Shown: positions 57,272-64,000 of the stretch, one piece after another
Numbering within the stretch: the stretch's first letter is position 1
How the letters are laid out: every line of letters begins with the position of its first letter
Notes under the pieces: model-generated
The model's input: the letters and a program-made list of their open reading frames with translations, nothing else
Told to the model about the DNA's origin: nothing
Database searches by the model: none
From: Patescibacteria group bacterium
GTDB taxonomy: Bacteria > Patescibacteriota > Patescibacteriia > JBAZBY01
Direction: 5' to 3'
Length of the DNA stretch: 64,000 nucleotides
Assembly: GCA_041671225.1 (NCBI GenBank)
Contig: JBAZBY010000001.1
Span: 558,940 to 622,939, forward strand
Position numbers and translations under genes: made by a program

Positions 57272-57333
57272 GCAATCCTGCATCATTTTGACAGAATACT
57301 ACGCAGAGTAAATCAACGAACACTTCCCTTGCA

Positions 57334-57975
57334 ATGAGCCAACAACCCACAACCCACAACCCACAAACAGGCTTTACGCTCATTGAGCTCACTATTTCCA
57401 TCGCCATTTTTGGTATTCTTGCGGTAACCGTACTCACAGGGTTTCGCAATGCGGATAGAATTGAGGCATTTCGTCATGATGCAAGTCTTCTTGCGTCAGA
57501 TCTGCGTGCAGTACAGAATCGCGCCCTTGCTGGCGCTTTGGACAACAGCGGTGAATTCCCACGAGGCGGGTATGGTCTTCGTATTGAAGAATGTAACACC
57601 CCTCCCTGTACGTATCTTTTTTGGCGAGAAAAAGATGATCCCCCAGATCAACGCATACTTGATCTAACCGGGACAGAGGTGCAAGGCACGACAATGATGT
57701 CCAAGTATACAAAGGTTCTTTCGGTGGTCGTGCAGGATCCGGGTGGCTTGAATCAATCGCAAGCAACGCAAGCGCAAATGTCTTTTAAGCCACCGCGCCC
57801 TACGCCATTTGTGTGGTGGGCTGCTCCTCCAGGAGAGCCGCAACCGATTCCCGCAACAAACGGGATCGAAGGTAAACAGGTGATGATCACCCTTTCTTTT
57901 ACTGATGACCCTACTATTCAGCGCGTGATAGAGGTAAAGGGTATTTCAGGACAAATAAGCGTCTATGCTCCATAA
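57334..57975 (+). CDS. Minor pilin / pseudopilin
   Basis: '...TG|FTLIELTISIAIFGILAV'. Confidence 0.7.
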   Translation: MSQQPTTHNPQTGFTLIELTISIAIFGILAVTVLTGFRNADRIEAFRHDASLLASDLRAVQNRALAGALDNSGEFPRGGYGLRIEECNTPPCTYLFWREKDDPPDQRILDLTGTEVQGTTMMSKYTKVLSVVVQDPGGLNQSQATQAQMSFKPPRPTPFVWWAAPPGEPQPIPATNGIEGKQVMITLSFTDDPTIQRVIEVKGISGQISVYAP

Positions 57976-58561
57976 GCAGCAAAAAGGACAAACCATGATT
58001 GAGGCCGTCGTTGCCGTAGGCATATTACTTGCGGGAGTGACCGCGTTGATCACGCTTTCTATTGCCACGCTCAAGGCAGATCAAATAAGCAGCAGAAAAA
58101 TTGTTGCTATTAATCTTGCCCGTGAAGCGCTTGAAGTTGCACGCAATGTGCGTGATTCGAATTGGCTTGCAGGGAGGCATGATGATTGTTCTGGGACGCT
58201 GGCAGATGATACGGATAATTGGTTTTATGGTTTAGAGGGCCAGCCCTTCGGTTCTTGCGGTGTCGTACCCACTGAGTATTTTCCGCAACTGGAGACGGTT
58301 TCTGGCGTTTTAACCTTTGAGCGTGTTGCAGACCCGCTTGATAAGGATGTGTATTTGACGAGTGCAGGGTTATACAATCAGGATCTCTTGACACCCGTTG
58401 GTACAAAAACCATATACCGACGCTGGGTCACCGTCGCGCCGCAAACCATAAGTTCGCCGAAGATTAATTACGTCGATCTTACTGCTCATGTGGAGTACAC
58501 ATTAGATAATAGAATCCACTCGGTTGAGCTCGCGACCAGACTTTATAACTGGAAGCCATGA
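57965..58561 (+). CDS. Pilin-like protein with variant N-terminal motif (PilV/PilW-like)
   Basis: 'KGQTMIEAVVAVGILLAGVTALITL' with Glu at +5. Confidence 0.55.
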   Translation: MLHKQQKGQTMIEAVVAVGILLAGVTALITLSIATLKADQISSRKIVAINLAREALEVARNVRDSNWLAGRHDDCSGTLADDTDNWFYGLEGQPFGSCGVVPTEYFPQLETVSGVLTFERVADPLDKDVYLTSAGLYNQDLLTPVGTKTIYRRWVTVAPQTISSPKINYVDLTAHVEYTLDNRIHSVELATRLYNWKP

Positions 58562-59223
58562 TACGCATACCAAAAAAAGGCGAGAAAGGTTTTACGTTAC
58601 TTGAGCTTCTTATTGTAACGGCTATTTTTGCCCTGACGGTCGTGTTGGCAGTGGATATTTTTATTGTGCTTACCAAGCTTCAACGGAAAACGTTCACCTC
58701 GCAGCGGTTGCAGGGTGATGCGCGGTTTGTGATGGAATTGATCGCCAAGGATGTGCGTTTGGGGCAGATTGATTATGAATTTTATGACCAACTCAGCAGC
58801 CTTTATGGGATCACCATTGACCTCACAACGTCAACAAATCTCCTTGCACTACGCGACGCGCAAGGAGAATCTATCGTGTATCGACGGGCTGACCTGCAAG
58901 GGGATACTCTCTGGGATGAGCCATTAGGCAATGAGTGGAATGATCCGTCTGGCCCCGCCCTTGAAGTGTGTATTGGAGATTGCATTAGCAATACAAATTC
59001 CGTTTGGGAATCAATTACTCCAGAGGGTATTAAAGTTGTGAGTACGCATTTTTTCATAACCCCATCAGTGACGCCATTTGTGCCTGTTGCCGGCGTCTTT
59101 GCGAATGATGAGCAGCCGAAGGTTCTTATTCAGATTGGCACGCAGGGAGAGGGCTTCACCACCGAAGAACAAGGATTCATTTTCTTACAAACAACAGCCT
59201 CAACGCGTATTTATGAAAGGTAA
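58558..59223 (+). CDS. Minor pilin
   Basis: 'KGEKG|FTLLELLIVTAIFALTVVLAV'. Confidence 0.7.
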   Translation: MIRIPKKGEKGFTLLELLIVTAIFALTVVLAVDIFIVLTKLQRKTFTSQRLQGDARFVMELIAKDVRLGQIDYEFYDQLSSLYGITIDLTTSTNLLALRDAQGESIVYRRADLQGDTLWDEPLGNEWNDPSGPALEVCIGDCISNTNSVWESITPEGIKVVSTHFFITPSVTPFVPVAGVFANDEQPKVLIQIGTQGEGFTTEEQGFIFLQTTASTRIYER

Positions 59224-60109
59224 GAAAGACGAACAAGGCGTTGTCCTGATTCTTTCGTTGCTTTTACTCGCCGTCGTGACGGCCGTGGGTATTGGTGTTT
59301 CGTTGTTGGTGATTAATGAAGTGCGAAGCACGATTCGCATTGATGAGTCAGTGGTTGCAACGTATGCGGCCGAAGCAAAAATCGAAGAGGCGCTTGCGGC
59401 ACTCTCCACATATCGTCAGATTCCCGGCGCAACATTGGAAGCAGCGCTCGATGGGGCAGGGCCCCCACTCAATATCAGTGGCGTCAAGACCCTTGGAGGT
59501 ATTGTGCCCGTCGGCTCAGCGAATGCGATTGTCGATCTTACTCATTCCAGTTCAGGAGAGGCTTTTACGCTGACCACATTAGGGGAGAATCAGAGCGTTC
59601 AGTTCAATGTCCAGACTCCTGCTTGTTTCACCGATTATAACGACGAGACGTGCGTGAAGTATATCAAGTTTTCCGGTGAGCGCCTTGACTCAAGCGGCGT
59701 TGAGCCATGGATCGAAGTGACCGAGAGCGCTTTTTCCGTCGTCAGAACGCAAGAAACATCCGTGGTGAAGGAGCTTGTCTCGGAGTCTCAATTTGATGAT
59801 CCTGCAAATCCCTATTTCTATTCGTTCAAGGGTCTCTCGCCCTTAACCCTTCCCGCAGAAGTGCAGAGCGTCCGTCTTACATCCCTCTTTAATGGCGTGA
59901 AGAATTTGGAGATACGGGCTTTTACCGATGACACGGCAACGTGTACGGGCATTTGTCCGTCAGATCTGCTCGGGTACATTGTGATAAAGGCAGATTCCAG
60001 TTTTTCAAAATCAAAAATCAGCATCACGGCAGCGGTGCCATGGCAGCTGCCTTCGAGCGGGTTGTTCGATTATGCACTTTTTTCCGAAGAAACAGTACGG
60101 CAGGATTAG
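59213..60109 (+). CDS. PilX-like minor pilin / pilus tip-associated protein
   Basis: 'DEQGVVLILSLLLLAVVTAVGIGVSLLV' PilX-type N-terminal helix; overlaps upstream stop. Confidence 0.5.
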   Translation: MKGKKDEQGVVLILSLLLLAVVTAVGIGVSLLVINEVRSTIRIDESVVATYAAEAKIEEALAALSTYRQIPGATLEAALDGAGPPLNISGVKTLGGIVPVGSANAIVDLTHSSSGEAFTLTTLGENQSVQFNVQTPACFTDYNDETCVKYIKFSGERLDSSGVEPWIEVTESAFSVVRTQETSVVKELVSESQFDDPANPYFYSFKGLSPLTLPAEVQSVRLTSLFNGVKNLEIRAFTDDTATCTGICPSDLLGYIVIKADSSFSKSKISITAAVPWQLPSSGLFDYALFSEETVRQD

Positions 60110-60942
60110 AGGCGTATAGGAACGAGTTCCTGCGTGATGGAGTCTGCCGTGATGCGCACAATAAGAAAATGATAGAAGGCCGCTGCCTCGCCCCCGAGGA
60201 TGCTTTGTGGTAGCGCGCCGCCTCCGCCGCTCACCGTGACGGGGATATCATCAAGCGTATAGGGAAAGTAGGTATGCACGTGGCCATTGAATATGCGCGC
60301 TATGTTGTACTGCTTGAGAATGTTACGAAAAGCATCATTTGATGCACGTGATGCCGTTGTTTCATCATCACCAAAAAGTTCCTCAATGGGGAGCGCGACC
60401 GGTCGATGATAAAAGAGTACCTTATGTTTTGCCGTACTCTGCGCTATTTCTTTTTCCAACCACGTGAGTTCGTCATCCGGAAACCCTACCTTCCTTTCTG
60501 CATTATCCAGGAAGAAAAATTGCGTATTCTCCTTCGTTATCGTATACCAACGATCAAAACCAAAGGTTTCTCCCCATTGCGCGTACGCCGGATCCCCAAC
60601 GATGTCGTTGTTTCCCGGGATCGCATAGAGTGGCGCGTTGAATCTGTGAAAGGCTTGTTGCACCTGGGAAAAAATCTCTGGTTCTGAACGCGGAGTTGCG
60701 TCGCCAAGCTGCACAACAAAATCCACGCCACGTGTATTTGCAGCATCAATGATTTTCTCCAGCACTGGCCCCGTTCCTTCATTATCCCCAAACACCAAAA
60801 AAGTGATAAGCTCGTCCTTTTTTGTGTTTTTTATGTTTGCAGCACTTTCTTTTTGTTCATGAAATGCAGAAAGTCCCACAGCAAACGCGGTGCCAAGAAG
60901 AATGAGGAGGAGTGCTATCAGTAAGACGCTTTTTCCGTGCAT
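60106..60942 (-). CDS. Secreted calcineurin-like metallophosphoesterase
   Basis: Signal peptide; 'FLVFGDNEG', 'VVQLGDATP', 'GNNDI', 'GHVHTY' motifs. Confidence 0.8.
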   Translation of the reverse strand: MHGKSVLLIALLLILLGTAFAVGLSAFHEQKESAANIKNTKKDELITFLVFGDNEGTGPVLEKIIDAANTRGVDFVVQLGDATPRSEPEIFSQVQQAFHRFNAPLYAIPGNNDIVGDPAYAQWGETFGFDRWYTITKENTQFFFLDNAERKVGFPDDELTWLEKEIAQSTAKHKVLFYHRPVALPIEELFGDDETTASRASNDAFRNILKQYNIARIFNGHVHTYFPYTLDDIPVTVSGGGGALPQSILGGEAAAFYHFLIVRITADSITQELVPIRL

Positions 60943-61024
60943 AGTGGTATGGTACCATGAGGTTAGTGGGTTAGAGTAGTTAAGAAAGTTAGCACAGATT
61001 ATCTAACCCCTCTAACCCCCCATT

Positions 61025-63040
61025 GTGAACAAATCTCAGGCACAAGAACGCATTACAAAACTTCGCAAGGAAATCGAGCATCATCGATATCTTTACCATG
61101 TTTTGGATACACAGGAGATTTCTGATGCAGCATTGGATTCACTTAAAAAAGAATTGGCAGATTTAGAGAAGCAGTTTCCGTCGTTGATAACGCCTGATTC
61201 TCCAACGCAGCGCGTTTCTGGTATGCCACTCGAGAAGTTTGAGAAGGTGGAGCATCGGCTCAGGATGTATTCATTGAATGATGTCTTTTCGCATGAAGAA
61301 GTGGAGGAATGGGAAGAGCGATTGAAAAAACTTCTTCACCTTCAAAAAGCGCCGGAATATTTTGCGGAGTTGAAAATGGATGGTTTGGCCATCAGCCTCA
61401 CCTACGAGGAAGGAGAACTGGTTTTGGCTGCAACGCGCGGTGACGGACGCGTGGGAGAAAACGTTACCCTCAATGCGCGGACGCTGGAATCAGTGCCTTT
61501 GCGGTTGCGGCTGGATGGTGTAAAGGATTCTGTATTGCGCAAGAAGATCACTCAGCGTGTTGAAGTGCGCGGCGAGGTTGTGATCCATAAAGATACCTTT
61601 GAAAAGCTCAATAAAAAACTGGAGCAGGAGGGGAAGGTCCCGTATGCCAACCCGCGCAATCTTGCTGCGGGCGCCGTGCGTCAGCTTGACCCAAAGATGA
61701 CCGCTGCGCGTGAGCTGCACTTTTATGCATATGATATACCAATGGATCTTGGGCTCGTAACGCACGAAGCGGTGCATGATCTGGCGCGGACGCTTGGCTT
61801 CAAGACCGTGGAACATGAAAAAAAAGCACAAAGCCTGCCAGCGGTGTTTGCATTTTTGGAGCAGATAGAACGAACGCGCAAAAAGTTTCAATACAATTCA
61901 GACGGCGTAGTGGTTACGATCAATGACAGCGCTGCATTTAGGAAGCTCGGCTACGTTGGCAAGGCGCCGCGCGGTTCTATTGCATATAAGTTCCCAGCAG
62001 AGCAAGCAACCACCGTGGTTGAAGACATTCAACTGCAAGTTGGCAGAACTGGCGCGCTCACGCCTGTTGCGCATCTTACGCCTGTTCGCGTTGCTGGCAC
62101 CACTGTTTCTCGCGCTACGTTGCATAACGCAGATGAGATCGAGCGTCTTGATGTGCGTGTGAGGGATACGGTCATCATTCAGAAGGCAGGGGATATTATT
62201 CCGGACATTCTGCGCGTGCTCAAGAATCTGCGTCCAAGGGCAAGCAAGGCATTCACCTTCCCAAAAACGTTCATGGGCAGCCCAGTAGAACGGAAGGAGG
62301 GAGAGGTCGCCCATTATGTGACGGACAAAAATCTTCCCGCACGCCAGCGTGAAGCGTTGCGTCATTTTATCAGCAAGAAGGCGTTTGATATGGATAAGCT
62401 TGGCGGGAAGACCATCGATCTTCTTTTGGAACAGGATCTCATTAAAGACGCGGCAGACCTTTTTACTCTTAAGACCGAGCAACTCCTTGAGCTCCCGGGG
62501 TTTAAAGAGAAGAAAGCAGAAAATATCATCGGTGGTATTCAGGAAAAGAAGAAGGTGCCATTTGCCCGTTTTCTCTATGCGTTGGGGATTCGGCATGTTG
62601 GCGAAGAAACAGCGCAGGCTTTGGCGCACGCTTTTGGTTCGCTTGAAAGACTCAGACAAGCGAGCGAACAGCAGCTGGCATCTCAGCATGATATTGGTGA
62701 TGTTGTTGCCCATTCCATTGTGGACTATTTTGCGGAGAAGGACAGCCAATCGCTGCTTGATAAATTTCAGCGCGTTGGTCTCACGCTTGAACAGCCAAAG
62801 CGGGCGCGGAGCACCGCGCTTACCGGCAAAACAGTGGTGGTGACCGGTACGCTTGAAAAATTCACTCGCGATGGCGCGCATGATGCAATTCGTGATGCGG
62901 GCGGTGCGGTAAGCTCTGCCGTGAGCGCAAAGACGGATTATGTAGTAGCTGGAGCACATGCAGGATCCAAAGCCGCAAAGGCAAAAAAACTCGGGGTTAC
63001 TACCATCTCCGAGCCCCAGTTTATAAAGCTTTTGGGGTAA
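61025..63040 (+). CDS. ligA: NAD-dependent DNA ligase (GTG start)
   Basis: Adenylation 'KMDGLAISL' (KxDG), OB fold, 'CP.C' Zn finger, HhH and C-terminal BRCT 'GKTVVVTGTLEKFTRDGA'. Confidence 0.9.
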   Translation: MNKSQAQERITKLRKEIEHHRYLYHVLDTQEISDAALDSLKKELADLEKQFPSLITPDSPTQRVSGMPLEKFEKVEHRLRMYSLNDVFSHEEVEEWEERLKKLLHLQKAPEYFAELKMDGLAISLTYEEGELVLAATRGDGRVGENVTLNARTLESVPLRLRLDGVKDSVLRKKITQRVEVRGEVVIHKDTFEKLNKKLEQEGKVPYANPRNLAAGAVRQLDPKMTAARELHFYAYDIPMDLGLVTHEAVHDLARTLGFKTVEHEKKAQSLPAVFAFLEQIERTRKKFQYNSDGVVVTINDSAAFRKLGYVGKAPRGSIAYKFPAEQATTVVEDIQLQVGRTGALTPVAHLTPVRVAGTTVSRATLHNADEIERLDVRVRDTVIIQKAGDIIPDILRVLKNLRPRASKAFTFPKTFMGSPVERKEGEVAHYVTDKNLPARQREALRHFISKKAFDMDKLGGKTIDLLLEQDLIKDAADLFTLKTEQLLELPGFKEKKAENIIGGIQEKKKVPFARFLYALGIRHVGEETAQALAHAFGSLERLRQASEQQLASQHDIGDVVAHSIVDYFAEKDSQSLLDKFQRVGLTLEQPKRARSTALTGKTVVVTGTLEKFTRDGAHDAIRDAGGAVSSAVSAKTDYVVAGAHAGSKAAKAKKLGVTTISEPQFIKLLG

Positions 63041-63067
63041 CTTGCGTACGCGCGCCTGCATGCTAGG

Positions 63068-63391
63068 ATGAACATCGTGGAACAAAAGAACGAACAAAAA
63101 AGCAAAGAGGAGATTATTGCGCAGCTTTCAAAGCTTTCTTTGCTTGAAATTTCAGAGACGCAGCATGATAGCTTGATGAACGATCTTGCTTCGATTTTAA
63201 AGTATGTTCAGAGGCTTCAGAAGATCGACACAGAAGGCGTTATACCGACCCATCACGGAACAATCGAGGAAATGGTGATTCGCCCAGACGCTATACAAAG
63301 ATCTTCTCACGCAAAAGCACTCATCAGCAATGTGCCAGAGCAGAATGAAGGCCAGATAAAGGTGAAAGGAGTTTTTGGCAATGGAGCATGA
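63068..63391 (+). CDS. gatC: Asp/Glu-tRNA amidotransferase subunit C
   Basis: About 100-aa helical protein 'IAQLSKLSLLEISETQ...' immediately upstream of gatA. Confidence 0.75.
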   Translation: MNIVEQKNEQKSKEEIIAQLSKLSLLEISETQHDSLMNDLASILKYVQRLQKIDTEGVIPTHHGTIEEMVIRPDAIQRSSHAKALISNVPEQNEGQIKVKGVFGNGA

Positions 63392-64000
63392 TATGACGCT
63401 CATAGAAATGAGGGATGGCCTTGCAAAGAAGGAGTTTTCTTCACGTGAACTCACGGATGCGCTCCTTGATGCCGTTGAAAAGAAAAATCCAGAACTTAAT
63501 GCATTTCTTGCCATGAATCAAGATGCGCGCGCGGAAGCTGATGCAAGCGATGCGCGTCGCAGGGAAGGGAGCGAGCGCTCCGCGTTGGATGGTGTGCCGT
63601 ATGCGGCAAAGGATATGTTTTTGACAACGGGCATTGTCACGACCGCAGGTTCAAAGATGCTCGAAGGGTATGTGCCAGCTGAGAACGCAACGGCAGTACA
63701 ACGCTTGGAAGATGCAGGCGCAATACTCCTTGGCAAGAATAATTGCGATGAATTTGCCATGGGCGCATCCGGCGAGTATTCCGCGTATGGCGCAACAAAA
63801 AATCCACGGGACATAACACGAGTTCCCGGCGGCAGTTCCTCTGGATCAGCCGCGGCGGTTGCAGCGGGTCTTGCGCCGCTTTCACTTGGAACTGATACGA
63901 ACGGATCTATTCGTCAGCCAGCCGCGTTTTGTGGCGTCGTGGGATTGAAGCCGACATACGGACGCATCTCTCGCTATGGTACCGTGTCACTGATGTCCTC
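63381..64000 (+). CDS. gatA: Asp/Glu-tRNA amidotransferase subunit A (amidase signature), 3'-truncated at window end
   Basis: 'GVPYAAKDMFLTTGIVTTAGSKMLEGYV', 'GGSSSGSAAAVAAGLAPLSLGTDTNGSIRQPAAFCG'. Confidence 0.8.
   Translation, partial: MEHDMTLIEMRDGLAKKEFSSRELTDALLDAVEKKNPELNAFLAMNQDARAEADASDARRREGSERSALDGVPYAAKDMFLTTGIVTTAGSKMLEGYVPAENATAVQRLEDAGAILLGKNNCDEFAMGASGEYSAYGATKNPRDITRVPGGSSSGSAAAVAAGLAPLSLGTDTNGSIRQPAAFCGVVGLKPTYGRISRYGTVSLMS

Noticed and set aside
60961-60990. 'gttagtgggttagag' motif in the mpe-ligA intergenic region resembling 'gttagtaggttaggg' at 29292
   Set aside because: The second site lies inside the comF coding sequence (encodes KLPNLLT), so the similarity is most likely coincidental.

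Overview
This is a high-GC (about 55-58%) bacterial window whose most notable content is a complete type IV pilus (T4P) locus preceded by an array of six secreted proteins. The gene set (many T4P genes, giant secreted FN3-repeat proteins, small hypothetical membrane proteins) may indicate a small-genome, possibly Candidate-Phyla-Radiation-like lineage; that is inference only. All annotations rest on motif recognition by eye; no searches were run.

Features in order:
1. 1-4018: 5'-truncated giant FN3-repeat surface protein.
2. 4057-6017: MacB/FtsEX-like ABC ATPase and permease.
3. 6010-8274: two single-domain response regulators flanking a membrane protein with no kinase domain.
4. 9420-13403: copper operon with an ArsR-YHS fusion regulator, CopA P1B-ATPase, a membrane protein with a cupredoxin-like domain, and CopZ.
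5. 13473-15462: four small secreted or membrane hypotheticals on the minus strand.
6. 15469-19647 (minus): a 1392-aa surface protein with about 6.5 tandem 37-aa repeats, a CBM-like domain and a C-terminal SGNH/GDSL hydrolase.
7. About 19.7-27.9 kb: a markedly AT-rich block of minus-strand genes ending at two tRNA-Ser genes, a degenerate tRNA-Ser copy and a 20-nt tRNA 3' fragment. It carries an MBOAT O-acyltransferase with an AlgX/DltD-like partner, NUDIX, GNAT, PadR with DUF1048, GreA, a DNPH1-like protein and an iGluR-like SBP-TM protein. This looks like a possible genomic island.
8. 28686-34312 (minus): ComF, four-helix-bundle protein, ClpC, HtpX, LemA and a membrane-anchored hypothetical.
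9. 34381-46032: a tight same-strand array of six secreted proteins (320 to 1567 aa) sharing short motifs, three of them sharing a conserved C-terminal domain.
10. 46107-60109: the full T4P locus (pilM, pilN, pilO, a small assembly protein, pilB, a CheY-like regulator, a PilT-like gene with a degenerate Walker A and His box, pilC, two tandem pilins with identical 5' halves, a membrane protein, a pilin-like gene, pilD, and four minor-pilin-like genes).
11. 60106-64000: metallophosphoesterase, LigA, GatC and the start of GatA.

The strongest candidate for a novel system is the secreted-protein array fused to the pilus operon.
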